The position numbers and the translations under genes are program-made. Below are positions 29,570 to 38,863 of a stretch of 64,000 nucleotides of DNA, piece after piece; position 1 is the stretch's first letter, and each line of letters begins with the position of its first letter. The stretch covers positions 3,872 to 67,871 of the IMG/VR virus record IMGVR_UViG_3300043406_000131. One strand, given 5' to 3'. The notes below the pieces were generated by a model. It did no database searches. It was not told the origin of the DNA and worked only from the letters and a program-made list of their open reading frames with translations. This stretch comes from a virus (Duplodnaviria > Caudoviricetes).

Positions 29570-29594
29570 CTGTGACTGTGACTGTGACTGTGAC
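29565..29594 (+). repeat. (TGTGAC)5 microsatellite
   Basis: Five exact tandem copies. Confidence 0.95.
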
Positions 29595-29630
29595 CTTGCT
29601 GTAACCGTCGCCCGTGAAAGGTGGCCTGCC

Positions 29631-30221
29631 ATGCCTGACACGCCGACTCTGCCCACGGAGATACCGCTGCCCATGAACCAACACGACTACTTCGGCCACA
29701 AGGTGACCGCCATCGTCCTTGCCGCGATCCCCATGGAGTTCGCGATCGACGCGGAAAGTTTCTGGCACCGGCTGATCCTCAGTCTCTGCGGCGGGCTCGG
29801 TGCTGTTGTCGCGATCGCCACGGACCGGCCGAAGAACTGGCAGGAGACCGCGATCCGGATGGGGTCGGGGTTCGTGTCGTGTTTCCTGTTCGGCCCGTAC
29901 CTGTCGCAGCGGTTCGGCCAGAACGACATGAACTCTCACATCGCGATGCTCGGGGTGATCGGGATTGTCTCGTGGTACGTGATGGGCAGCGTGACCCGGT
30001 GGTTGCAGAAGGCGAAGGATAGCGACTTCCTGGCGCTGCTGATGAAGGTGAAGAGCGGCGGCGGCGGGCTCATGGCGCTGTTGATGAGGGTGAAAACGGC
30101 GGTGGATGCTGGCGATGCCAAAACGGCCTCCAGTGTGACGGCGACTACTGTGACCAGCGTGACAGCTACCACGTTGCCGTCCGCGCCGGCGACGATTCTT
30201 CCCACGGACCCCAAGGTGTGA
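29631..30221 (+). CDS. Holin-like multi-pass membrane protein
   Basis: 3-4 predicted TM segments; first large gene after the tail module. Confidence 0.6.
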   Translation: MPDTPTLPTEIPLPMNQHDYFGHKVTAIVLAAIPMEFAIDAESFWHRLILSLCGGLGAVVAIATDRPKNWQETAIRMGSGFVSCFLFGPYLSQRFGQNDMNSHIAMLGVIGIVSWYVMGSVTRWLQKAKDSDFLALLMKVKSGGGGLMALLMRVKTAVDAGDAKTASSVTATTVTSVTATTLPSAPATILPTDPKV

Positions 30222-30940
30222 TTGTGATGCGCCAGATGCTCAGTTCTTTCGTTCTCGCGGTTGCGTTCGTCGCGTTCGTCATCGGCGGTTCGTCGCCGGT
30301 CGTGGCGCAGGTCCGCGGGCCGTCCGATGTCACGGTCGCAGTCGGCGACTTGGCCGAGGTGACACTGACGCTGGACGCTGACGAGTCGAAATACGCGGTT
30401 CTCAGCGGGCAGGGCATTTGGGCCTTCCGGGAGTACGACCCCGACCCGAAGACGCTGATGTTTCGCGTCTTCGGCCAAAAGCCTGGGACGGCGATGATCA
30501 CGGTTGCGAGCGTCAAGGGCGGCAAGCTCCAGCCGTTGTTCGTGGTCCGGGTGACCATTACCGGCGATGCTCCACCCGGTCCTGGTCCCGGCCCTGATCC
30601 GCGGCCCGACCCTGCCGACCCGCTCGCTGCTCGGATCGTAGCCGCGGCACAGGCCGACAAATGGCCGGTGACCGAGGCCCGCAAATTGGCCCAAGGGTTC
30701 CGCGATTGCGCAGGGCAGTGCGACAAGGCGCCGACCGCGGCGTTCCTTCTGCAACTCGCGACGAGCGCGATCAAACTATCGGGCGTGAAACCGATCCCGG
30801 TCGCAGTCCGGGCTGTCCTCTCTGCGGAACTCGAAGTCGGTCTCCCCGCCGATGCCGAAGCGGAGATCACGCCTGAACTGTCGAAGCGTTGCCGTGACAC
30901 ATTCACTCGGCTTGCTGCCGCACTGGAGACGATCCGATGA
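30218..30940 (+). CDS. Exported protein with PGPGPGPDP linker
   Basis: N-terminal signal/TM, beta-rich domain, Pro-Gly linker, helical domain. Confidence 0.7.
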   Translation: MIVMRQMLSSFVLAVAFVAFVIGGSSPVVAQVRGPSDVTVAVGDLAEVTLTLDADESKYAVLSGQGIWAFREYDPDPKTLMFRVFGQKPGTAMITVASVKGGKLQPLFVVRVTITGDAPPGPGPGPDPRPDPADPLAARIVAAAQADKWPVTEARKLAQGFRDCAGQCDKAPTAAFLLQLATSAIKLSGVKPIPVAVRAVLSAELEVGLPADAEAEITPELSKRCRDTFTRLAAALETIR

Positions 30941-31902
30941 GTACGACCCCACCGCTCGGGTACATCATTGAAGAGGACCGCACGCCGGCTCAACAGCGGT
31001 CACACGAAAACATCGTCAACACGATGCAGCGGTTCCAGATCACAGCCGCTCCACATCGGGGGCCGGTCAAGGTGCAACTCACGAAACTATGGAAGGATTC
31101 GCGAGTCGTCGGCGACGTCGGATTCGCATTCAATCGCTTTCGTCAAATCACGGGCAGCTGCGTGGGCGCTGGCGGGGGACAGGCGTTGTTCACGTTGGGC
31201 GCCGTGCAGCGATGCCTGCCCGGCGGTGCAACGAAAGCGTTCATCCCGTTCTGGCCGTTCAACTACGGCCGTTCCCGAGCGATCGGCGGCGACCGCGGGC
31301 CGGGTGAAGGATCACTAGGCAGTTGGTTCGCTCAGACGGTCGCGAAAGAGGGCATCATCGGGATCCACGAGGCGGGGCTGCCGACGTTCGACCGCGGCGA
31401 CGGACTGGCCCTGACCGAGTCGCAGGAGATGGCGTGGAGTGACGGGGCATCTTCGCTGGTGACGGCGTTTCTCGACGAGGCCCGGCCGCATCCGGTCGGC
31501 ACGGCCGCGCCAATGCGATCCACCGACGACATGCGGGCCGCGATCTTGAACGGCTACCCGGGCACGTTCGCGTGTGACCGATTCATCGGGAAGGCGGCCA
31601 TCGTCGGGAGCGGGGCGGATGCTGTGTGCGTGGGCAAGTGGGACGGACAGGGTGGACACCAGCAGAGCTTTCACGACTATTGGGATCACCCCACGCTCGG
31701 GCCGCTGTTCGGGATCTTGAACAACTGGTCCGGGGACACCTACCCGGCCGACCCCGGTGGTTTGCCAACATGCGCATGCTGGGTGAAGGAAGTCGATGTC
31801 GCGGAAGCGATGCGGTATCACGCGGAGGTTTACGCGTTCAGCCATTTGAGTTGGTTCCCGGCCCAGCCGGCTGTGTTGGATTGGTCCTCGATCCTGCCGT
31901 GA
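30937..31902 (+). CDS. Papain-like (C1-type) cysteine peptidase
   Basis: RQITGSC (Gln, Cys), GGHQQ (His), ILNNW (Asn-Trp) in C1 order. Confidence 0.75.
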   Translation: MSTTPPLGYIIEEDRTPAQQRSHENIVNTMQRFQITAAPHRGPVKVQLTKLWKDSRVVGDVGFAFNRFRQITGSCVGAGGGQALFTLGAVQRCLPGGATKAFIPFWPFNYGRSRAIGGDRGPGEGSLGSWFAQTVAKEGIIGIHEAGLPTFDRGDGLALTESQEMAWSDGASSLVTAFLDEARPHPVGTAAPMRSTDDMRAAILNGYPGTFACDRFIGKAAIVGSGADAVCVGKWDGQGGHQQSFHDYWDHPTLGPLFGILNNWSGDTYPADPGGLPTCACWVKEVDVAEAMRYHAEVYAFSHLSWFPAQPAVLDWSSILP

Positions 31903-31908
31903 CCTGCC

Positions 31909-32184
31909 GTGACGTGGACGACGACCAACGAGGGGGAAGTCGATGACGATGCCGAAGCGAACCGGTTGTGCGCCGCGGCCGAAAGGTCGCAAGAAAGCCA
32001 AAAGCCGGGAGCGGTTGAAGTGGCGATGGCCGGGAGCGTCCGAGGCGTTCCATTGTCGGTCAACGAACGCGGAATGGCGATCGTTCCTTGCTGGCTTTGG
32101 CGTGACAAGACGGTCGCGGTTTGGAAGCGGCGGGCAGAACACTCACATTCGGATTTACGGCTGAGGTGGATCCATACTCGGTGA
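31909..32184 (+). CDS. Hypothetical protein
   Basis: Operon context. Confidence 0.45.
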   Translation: MTWTTTNEGEVDDDAEANRLCAAAERSQESQKPGAVEVAMAGSVRGVPLSVNERGMAIVPCWLWRDKTVAVWKRRAEHSHSDLRLRWIHTR

Positions 32185-32198
32185 GTCTGGAGGGAATT

Positions 32199-32600
32199 AT
32201 GTTGCGGAAAGACAAGGAAGCCCTGTTCCAGTTCGTCATGTTCGGGACTCTCGGACTGACGACTCTGTACGGAATTCACACGGCATTCGCCCCGCGAGAT
32301 TACCCGCTTCCGGTGGATTCACTTCGCGCCGCCCCCGCCCTCCCGCCGAAGTGCGATGAGATGACAGGCGAACTCGCGACCCGCCTCGACTCGCCGGTGT
32401 TGCTCACGGTGATCCCGGCGGACGGCGGTGAGCCGCCCCGCGAGTCGGTGCTGTGGCTGGTGTTCCCGGACGCCAAACGCGAACTCGACTCGCGAAAATT
32501 CGAGCCCGGGACGCGGGTGACAGTCGCCGGGAAATTGATGGCCGGCGGGGCGTTCAGGTACGTCGTGGTTGAGTCGATCGGCGCGGAGGCGAAACGATGA
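32199..32600 (+). CDS. Membrane-anchored protein, possible OB-like C-terminal domain
   Basis: TM then PGTRVTVAGKL...YVVVESI. Confidence 0.55.
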   Translation: MLRKDKEALFQFVMFGTLGLTTLYGIHTAFAPRDYPLPVDSLRAAPALPPKCDEMTGELATRLDSPVLLTVIPADGGEPPRESVLWLVFPDAKRELDSRKFEPGTRVTVAGKLMAGGAFRYVVVESIGAEAKR

Positions 32601-32890
32601 GCGTCATGGCACTGGTCCGAATGCGGTCGGCTTTGAGCGAGCAGACGCTCGTTCTTGCTCAGTTTTTCGGCGCGTTCTCGCTGAGCTCTGACGAACTGCG
32701 GCGGCTCGATTCCATGGCTCAAGCCGAGTTCCTGCGCCGCCTGCCGCAATTCGATTCGTGGGAGTTGGTGATTCGCACGCAGGATGCGGAGCGTGACATC
32801 CGGCCCGGCTACGGCGAGGCGGTGTACGTCACGCGGCCCGACGTGCTGGAGTCTGCGCCAAATTGTTGCTGCGCCCCGGAGGTTGCGTGA
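32597..32890 (+). CDS. Hypothetical protein
   Basis: ATGA overlap. Confidence 0.5.
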   Translation: MSVMALVRMRSALSEQTLVLAQFFGAFSLSSDELRRLDSMAQAEFLRRLPQFDSWELVIRTQDAERDIRPGYGEAVYVTRPDVLESAPNCCCAPEVA

Positions 32891-33066
32891 TGTGCTGCCG
32901 CGAATCGTCGCCATCAACCGCGCCGCCATTGGCGGTCTTGCTTGCAGTCGGTGTCGTCGTCGTGGCGATATTGATCGCGGCAGTGATCGAGGCGTTCCCG
33001 CCACTGCGAATCGGCGGATTCCCGATGCGATGATCGAACTGACTGCCCACAACAAGGAGACCGAAC

Positions 33067-33825
33067 ATGCGACGGATTGAACTGGTTCCGCTGGCACTGC
33101 TTCTGCTCGGCGGCATCATGCTGGGTGCTGCCGAACCGAATCGCTGGTCGAACATTCTCGACGGCCGTCGCGCGGCTGGCGTCGATGAGCGGAGCGACCG
33201 CACTTCCGCGGTCATCTGCCCGCCTGGCTGTCTCACCGATCTCGACCTCGCACTCGAGCGGTCCACCCGCACCGGCCGCCCGCTGCTGGCGTGGGTAGCG
33301 ATGTCGCCGGCTGATCGTGACGCGGCCCGGTTCGTTGACACTCTCGCGACCGCTGACCCGGTTCACGTGTGCATCAGCGAGAACGGGGGTAACTCCGCCC
33401 CCCGCGTGATCATGCTCGACCCGCGGAATCCCGGCCGGGGGATCACTTGGAAGGCGGGAGAGTTGGACGGCGCGGAGGCGGTTCGGGCGCTGGCGATCCA
33501 TGATCGGCTGTCGCGGTCGGTGGCCACGGTGGCGACGGGGGCAGGACCGAGTTACGGGGCCGTCCCGAGCTACAGCTACGGTTCCGTGCCGATGGGTTCG
33601 GCTTCCGCCCCGCCATGGGTGGGAAGTCCCGGCGGTTACGGCTACGGCGGCGGCCAGACCTACCCGAGCTACGGCGCCCCGGGTGGCGTGGTGATCCGGT
33701 CGGGCGGAATGCCGATGCCGACGAGCGGGTACCAGTCGGCGCCGATCTACTACGGCGGGTCGGGTAGTGGTTACTACGGGGCAGGCTCGGGCTCGCCGTG
33801 CGTCGGTGGCAACTGTCCGAGGTGA
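33067..33825 (+). CDS. Exported protein, possible thioredoxin-like fold, with Gly/Tyr-rich tail ending CVGGNCPR
   Basis: Signal peptide; ALERSTRTGRPLLAWV resembles thioredoxin-like domain starts. Confidence 0.55.
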   Translation: MRRIELVPLALLLLGGIMLGAAEPNRWSNILDGRRAAGVDERSDRTSAVICPPGCLTDLDLALERSTRTGRPLLAWVAMSPADRDAARFVDTLATADPVHVCISENGGNSAPRVIMLDPRNPGRGITWKAGELDGAEAVRALAIHDRLSRSVATVATGAGPSYGAVPSYSYGSVPMGSASAPPWVGSPGGYGYGGGQTYPSYGAPGGVVIRSGGMPMPTSGYQSAPIYYGGSGSGYYGAGSGSPCVGGNCPR

Positions 33826-33912
33826 ATGGCAATCGTCGTGGGACGGCTCCCGCGCCTGTGCACAGGCTCCCCCGGTCCGACTCCGGGCGACGATCTGGAA
33901 TCGAGGTGAACC

Positions 33913-34296
33913 ATGTTCCAGTGGCTGACCGGCGGACCCTCTCCCGAATTCCTCAAGACCTGTGGCGGCAAACCCCGCTCGCCGTACTGGCCGCAGTGCC
34001 GACGCGCTCACCTGCTCCTGCACCCGGAGTGTGCGGCCTGCGGTCGGAAGGTCTCGCTGGAAGTTCACCACATCGAGCCGTTCCACGAGCGGCCGGATCT
34101 CGAACTCGACCCACGGAATTTGCTCACGCTCTGCGACGACGACAAACGAACGTGCCACCGATCGTTCGGCCACCTGTGGGACTGGACGCTGAGCAATCCC
34201 GATGTGCGCGAGATAGTGGCGGCGTTCCGGCGGCAAGTAGATGAGGCGAAACGAAGGCTGAGACTCACCGGGCTCACGGAGGATTTTGACGAATGA
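33913..34296 (+). CDS. HNH endonuclease
   Basis: CAACG...LEVHHIEP...NLLTLC...CHRSFGH. Confidence 0.9.
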   Translation: MFQWLTGGPSPEFLKTCGGKPRSPYWPQCRRAHLLLHPECAACGRKVSLEVHHIEPFHERPDLELDPRNLLTLCDDDKRTCHRSFGHLWDWTLSNPDVREIVAAFRRQVDEAKRRLRLTGLTEDFDE

Positions 34297-34721
34297 AAAT
34301 CACCGGCAACTACACGCTCCGCCCCGTCGGCCCGCGGCTGTTCCTGTACGTCCCCGATGCGGAAAGCCCGCTCACGTTCACGACTGACGCCGGCCGTGTG
34401 TTCGTGCTCAGCGAGATGTTTGAAACCGACTTGGCCAGCATCCCACGCATCTTCTGGACGATCCCCGGGTTCTCGCCGCTCGACTGGGTAGAAGCCGCGA
34501 TCCTCCATGATTGGCTGTGGGAAGTGCGGAAGGGTAAGGGTCTGGTCGTCGGGTTCTTCACCTCGAACCGACTGCTGCGCGAGGCAATCGTCTCGCTCGG
34601 TCAGAGCCGGCCGCGGTGGCGTGCGTGGACCCGGATACAGGCGTGGATCTGTCACCGGGCGATCGACGTGTTCGGTTGGCTTCAGTGGGTGAGGGACGAG
34701 AGGGGGCCGGATGGAGATTGA
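34293..34721 (+). CDS. DUF1353 family protein
   Basis: FETDLASIPRIFW...AAILHDWL. Confidence 0.85.
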   Translation: MKITGNYTLRPVGPRLFLYVPDAESPLTFTTDAGRVFVLSEMFETDLASIPRIFWTIPGFSPLDWVEAAILHDWLWEVRKGKGLVVGFFTSNRLLREAIVSLGQSRPRWRAWTRIQAWICHRAIDVFGWLQWVRDERGPDGD

Positions 34722-35172
34722 TATTGTCCAGTCGGTCCCGGCCGCGCCAGTGCTTCCCACGGGGGACGCGGCGGTAGCCGATTCCGCGACGCCGATTTCC
34801 GACCGCTACGGCCGCCGGCTATCCGTGTTTCGCCACCCTGTCACAGGCACCCGATACACGGCCGTGGACCCGGTCACGCTCGCGGCGCTAGTGATCCAAC
34901 TGATCCAGATCCTGGTGGCCTGCTACGCGTCTCCGGAGGCCGGGGTGCGTCATCTTCGGTTCGCTGCCATGCCGGTGCTCGGGATGGTCATGCGGTGGCG
35001 GATCAGGCGGGAGTTGAGGCGGCACTTCGCGGGTGATCCGGTGTGGATCCCGGAGATTGAGGACGGAGTGATCGAGTGCTGTGGAGAGGTGACGGCAGAG
35101 GAGATGGTGGAGTTGTACCGGGAGGCGGGACAGGCCGAAGGAACCCAACCAGACGAACAGGAATCGAGGTGA
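34711..35172 (+). CDS. Hypothetical protein
   Basis: Operon context. Confidence 0.55.
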   Translation: MEIDIVQSVPAAPVLPTGDAAVADSATPISDRYGRRLSVFRHPVTGTRYTAVDPVTLAALVIQLIQILVACYASPEAGVRHLRFAAMPVLGMVMRWRIRRELRRHFAGDPVWIPEIEDGVIECCGEVTAEEMVELYREAGQAEGTQPDEQESR

Positions 35173-35175
35173 ACA

Positions 35176-35367
35176 ATGTCGTACACGCGTCGGCGGCAGA
35201 CTCTGTGGGAAGAACACGCGAAAGACCGTGAGGCCCGAGACCGGGCGCGGGGTGGCGGGAGGGCGATCGCGGCGTCTCGCCCGCGAGTGACGTGGGGAGA
35301 GGTCGCGGTGCTGATCGGGATGAGCGTGGTGGTGGCGGCCGCGACGGTGGCGGTGTACTGGCGGTGA
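35176..35367 (+). CDS. Small membrane protein
   Basis: C-terminal TM helix. Confidence 0.55.
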   Translation: MSYTRRRQTLWEEHAKDREARDRARGGGRAIAASRPRVTWGEVAVLIGMSVVVAAATVAVYWR

Positions 35368-35419
35368 CCGGTGACCAGTGTGTCGGAGTGTCGAACAAAC
35401 CCAAGGGACGGAGACTCAG

Positions 35420-35899
35420 ATGATCGACCCGGAAATGGTACTCGTTGGCAAGGGCGAATTGGCCGCCCTCAACACGAAGATCGACCTACTGGTGAATGCC
35501 CTGCGGTTCAGCGGGCTTCACCTCGATGAGATGCTGTCCCCGCCGAAGGATCCCATTCTGCCGAGTGCCGTACTGGAGGCGCAGAAGGAACAGGACTCGC
35601 TCATGAAGGCGATCGTCACGGCGGCAACTGCTGCCCCGATCCCTGTCACGTTCGGCAGTGCCGGCGCATCGTCATTCTCTGGTCAACTGTTCGCCGCCGC
35701 GCCGGCCGCCGGATCGTCCAAGCTGAGCAAGGATGACGCCCTGGCCGCGTACTACATGGGCCTGAGTTCCGCGGCCCTGCTCGCCCGCAACAACCCGCGC
35801 CTCTACACGTTCCTCGACATCATGCGGCGGAACGCGATCCGGGATTGGGATGACATCTGGGCTGGTATTCTGAAGGAAGCGCCGCAGCTGGCGAAGTGA
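35420..35899 (+). CDS. Hypothetical protein
   Basis: Last gene before terminator. Confidence 0.65.
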   Translation: MIDPEMVLVGKGELAALNTKIDLLVNALRFSGLHLDEMLSPPKDPILPSAVLEAQKEQDSLMKAIVTAATAAPIPVTFGSAGASSFSGQLFAAAPAAGSSKLSKDDALAAYYMGLSSAALLARNNPRLYTFLDIMRRNAIRDWDDIWAGILKEAPQLAK

Positions 35900-35965
35900 G
35901 GATCGAGGTCGGGGAACTGTCGGACCACATCGGCCGGACGCGACCGGCCACACGTCATGTCACTG

Positions 35966-36002
35966 CGGCCCCGGAGAGCGAGACTCCGGGGCCGTTTCGT
36001 TT
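35966..36002 (+). terminator. Intrinsic terminator between convergent units
   Basis: 11-bp stem CGGCCCCGGAG/CTCCGGGGCCG then TTTCGTTT. Confidence 0.75.
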
Positions 36003-36960
36003 ACCTGATCCTCGGTGAGGCCGCGATATACCGTCTCGCCTCGTGGTTGCTGATGTCGTCCATCATCCCAACCACTTCGGCTTCCGTGAGGCTTCCGAGC
36101 ACGTAGATTTCCTCGGTGTACAGGCCGGCTGGACTGCGCACGGACACGGATTGAAGCCGGTATTCAGCCGGAGTCGATCCACGGCGGCCGGGCCCGTGGG
36201 CGGCGATAAACGCGCGGTGCATCTCCGCGAACGGATACCTGATCACCGTCGGCATTTTCCACGAGTCCGCATTCGGTTGGACCGGCGACCGCAGCCCGTG
36301 GAGATGCCCGCCGACGTGGAGGATCGGCACGGGTTCCGGCGGCGGATGCTTCCTCGATTTGGCCTGCGCGATCCGCTCGTGTTCGTCCCGTAGGTCCACG
36401 TCGTACACGCCAGGCGATCCGGGTCGGAAATCCTGAATCCGGCGGAGCGGGTTGAGGGTCAGGAATTCGTTCGCGCCGTACCGCCACGAGTCCACGGGGA
36501 TGCAGAGTTCTTCAACGAATCCGCGGCGGATCAAGACGCTGATCCGCGGGAGTTGCAGTTCCTGAAGCCCGTTGGTCGGGGCGATGCTATTGACGCACCA
36601 TTCACCACGGTTGCTGGTAAGGATCACTTGAAAGAATGGCCGGTCAGGAGCGGGGTTTGATACACGGGTCACGTCCTGCCATTCCCTGAACAGCAGATCC
36701 ACGAGACGGCCGCCCATCACCGACCGGGCGATTCTGATCCGCTTGTGATAATCGTCAATGGCCTTCTGCCCACCCGGCCCAAAATCAGTCGGCCTGCCAG
36801 CGATCTGATCCCTGATGAACACCGCCTCTTCCACCCGCCCGCGTTCCTCGATCTCGTCGGCGAAGACCAGCCGGGGCGCGTCGTCGTCCGGTGCGGCGAT
36901 GACGGCGGCGCGGAGAGCGGATTCGTCGGAGATGATGGCGGTGGCACTGGTGGTGCTCAT
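36001..36960 (-). CDS. TIGR02996 (repeat-companion) domain protein
   Basis: LRAAVIAAPDDDAPRLVFADEIEERGRVEEAVFIR; later IRRGFVEEL; ATG at 36960. Confidence 0.85.
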   Translation of the reverse strand: MSTTSATAIISDESALRAAVIAAPDDDAPRLVFADEIEERGRVEEAVFIRDQIAGRPTDFGPGGQKAIDDYHKRIRIARSVMGGRLVDLLFREWQDVTRVSNPAPDRPFFQVILTSNRGEWCVNSIAPTNGLQELQLPRISVLIRRGFVEELCIPVDSWRYGANEFLTLNPLRRIQDFRPGSPGVYDVDLRDEHERIAQAKSRKHPPPEPVPILHVGGHLHGLRSPVQPNADSWKMPTVIRYPFAEMHRAFIAAHGPGRRGSTPAEYRLQSVSVRSPAGLYTEEIYVLGSLTEAEVVGMMDDISNHEARRYIAASPRIR

Positions 36961-37169
36961 TCCTGACTCCCCGGGATCGGCCCGATCTCCGGCAGCGGAT
37001 GCGCCGTCTCGACCAGTTCGCGGGCCATCGTCTGCAACTCCTCGAACTCGACCCGCTCCGCGTCGGTTAGTCCGTCCCGGTTTTTCTTGTGGATCAGTTC
37101 GGCGCGACGGTGGTTCTGCGCGGCCCACTCTGGGGAGTTGAGCGTTGCCAATGCTGACTCGGCCGTCAT
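36957..37169 (-). CDS. Small helical hypothetical protein
   Basis: Coupled to both neighbours; RRAELIHKK...LTDAERVEFEELQ. Confidence 0.7.
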   Translation of the reverse strand: MTAESALATLNSPEWAAQNHRRAELIHKKNRDGLTDAERVEFEELQTMARELVETAHPLPEIGPIPGSQE

Positions 37170-37462
37170 GATTCTTCCCCCTGCTTCCCCGGCCGCCGCC
37201 CCCGCGCCGGCGCCTCGAAATCCTTCGACGGCTTCTCCAGCAACTCACCCACCCCCACCCCCAACGTCTTCGCCAGCCCCTCCGCCGTCTCCAGCGAAAG
37301 CCCTATCCACCCGTGCTCGTACTTCCGCAGGGTAGACGACGGGATGCCGGATTCGACCGACAGTTCCTCCGCGGTCCAGCCCTTGGCCATCCGCAGTTCT
37401 TGGATGCGGCGGCCGATCTGCTGGATGCGGGTGAGCGACTTGGGAGGTTTTGCTTTTGCCAT
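37166..37462 (-). CDS. XRE-family HTH repressor (CI-like)
   Basis: IGRRIQELRMAKGWTAEELSVESGIPSSTLRKYEHG...LAKTLGV. Confidence 0.92.
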   Translation of the reverse strand: MAKAKPPKSLTRIQQIGRRIQELRMAKGWTAEELSVESGIPSSTLRKYEHGWIGLSLETAEGLAKTLGVGVGELLEKPSKDFEAPARGRRPGKQGEES

Positions 37463-37487
37463 GGAGGGGAGCATAGCCCTAATCCGG

Positions 37488-37545
37488 ACTATTTTCAAGA
37501 TTCCGGGAAAGGGGACTTGCAAATAATCCTGATCGGGACTATTTA
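37488..37545 (+). promoter_or_regulatory. Promoter/operator cassette, copy 1
   Basis: ACTATTTTCAAGATTCCGG; -35 TTGCAA 37517; palindromic TCCTGATCGGGA in the 17-bp spacer. Confidence 0.75.
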
Positions 37546-37595
37546 TATGAAGAGAGAAGAGAACTGAACCTGACACCTGACCCGGAGAAACGACC

Positions 37596-38348
37596 ATGAC
37601 CGCGACCATCGCCAACCTGACCACCCCCGCCCTGACTGTCGCCCTCCCGCTCGACTCGGCCGACTTCTCTGCCCTCTGGACGGGTGTGACGCTCAACCCG
37701 GCCGACAAGGCGCCGGTGCTGATCGCCGCGGATTGGCTGGAGGAGCGGGGCTACGACGCTCTGAGCCTGGCGGTGCGGGCGCTGGCCGGTGTGATCAAGG
37801 TCGGGCTGAACTCGATCACGATCGAAACCGGGAAGTTGTTCATCATCCGCGGTCGGAACTCCAAGGGCAAAATCGTCAAGCCGCTCCACTACTACTTCAG
37901 CAAGCTCAACGAGGCCGTCCAGTTCGTCGCCCGCCACGCTGCTGCCCACGCTGCCAAGGTGGAGAGCAAGGCGACCGCTCGCCGGGAGATCGCCCGGCAG
38001 AAGGAAGAGTGGACCAACCCGTACACCGTCGGCACGCTGCTCTACGACTGCTGGGGCTACGACGAGACGCATTACGACTTCGCCCAGATCGTTGCGGTCG
38101 GGCCGCGGTCGGTCACCATCCGCCGGATCTGCCCGGTCCACGTTGAGGGCGGGTATGGCGGCGAGGTGATCCAGCCTGTCGCCGGGAACTTCTACGGGGA
38201 GAGCACCTACGACCGGCGGGACGGATCGCCGAAGACGGTCGCTGTCAAGTTCGGGATGGGCAACGAAGGGAAGATGGCGTGGTGCCTGCCGGGCTGGACG
38301 GAGGTGAGCGGCCGGGAGCGGTTTGTCTCGACGGCCGGGACGCGGTGA
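37596..38348 (+). CDS. Protein with N-terminal TIGR02996-like motif and phage WGYD-type C-terminal domain
   Basis: PADKAPVLIAADWLEERGYD; VGTLLYDCWGYDETHYDFAQIV. Confidence 0.75.
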   Translation: MTATIANLTTPALTVALPLDSADFSALWTGVTLNPADKAPVLIAADWLEERGYDALSLAVRALAGVIKVGLNSITIETGKLFIIRGRNSKGKIVKPLHYYFSKLNEAVQFVARHAAAHAAKVESKATARREIARQKEEWTNPYTVGTLLYDCWGYDETHYDFAQIVAVGPRSVTIRRICPVHVEGGYGGEVIQPVAGNFYGESTYDRRDGSPKTVAVKFGMGNEGKMAWCLPGWTEVSGRERFVSTAGTR

Positions 38349-38432
38349 GGGCGGGGCGGGGCTGGATGACCGGCCCGCGGCCCGAGCAAGGTGGGAAGCA
38401 CGCGACAGCCCGGGGCGAAAATCCCGGGCTCA

Positions 38433-38490
38433 ACTATTTCCGGGATTCCGGTCAGGTTGGCTTGCATATAGTCCTGATCGGGACTAATAA
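38433..38490 (+). promoter_or_regulatory. Promoter/operator cassette, copy 2
   Basis: ACTATTTCCGGGATTCCGG; TTGCAT-17bp-TAATAA; TAGTCCTGATCGGGACTA palindrome. Confidence 0.8.
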
Positions 38491-38530
38491 TAAAAGGACA
38501 GAACTGACGCCAACCAACCAAGGGGATTTG

Positions 38531-38788
38531 ATGCTGCTCGCGACGTTTGACGGACTGCTGGTCGAAGTGCGTGACCCTCAGTGCGTGCGGGACGGCGTTC
38601 ACTGCTGCTGGATCTTCGACCACCGCAACAACTCGCCGACCATGTACGAAATCCTGGCATTCACGAAGGCCGACACGATGACGGGCGCGGTGATGGCCGC
38701 TGTTGACAAGATGGCTGGCACGTCGGCCGGGATTCTGCTGGAGCGGAATGTGTTGCGGACGAAATGCGAGAAGATGTTGGCCGGTTGA
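38531..38788 (+). CDS. Hypothetical protein
   Basis: First ORF after promoter copy 2. Confidence 0.55.
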   Translation: MLLATFDGLLVEVRDPQCVRDGVHCCWIFDHRNNSPTMYEILAFTKADTMTGAVMAAVDKMAGTSAGILLERNVLRTKCEKMLAG

Positions 38789-38863
38789 GCAACGTAAACC
38801 CTGCCGCCGGGATCGCCCGGCGGCTTCTTCCCGCCCTCCATCACCACCAAGGACACCGCGACC

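Noticed and set aside
32914-34236. 440-aa minus-strand ORF
   Set aside because: Arg-rich, overlaps well-supported + strand genes including the HNH nuclease
36961-37248. 5' extension of the TIGR02996 ORF given by the ORF track
   Set aside because: Overlaps the 70-aa gene and the repressor; the ATG at 36960 is coupled to the upstream stop
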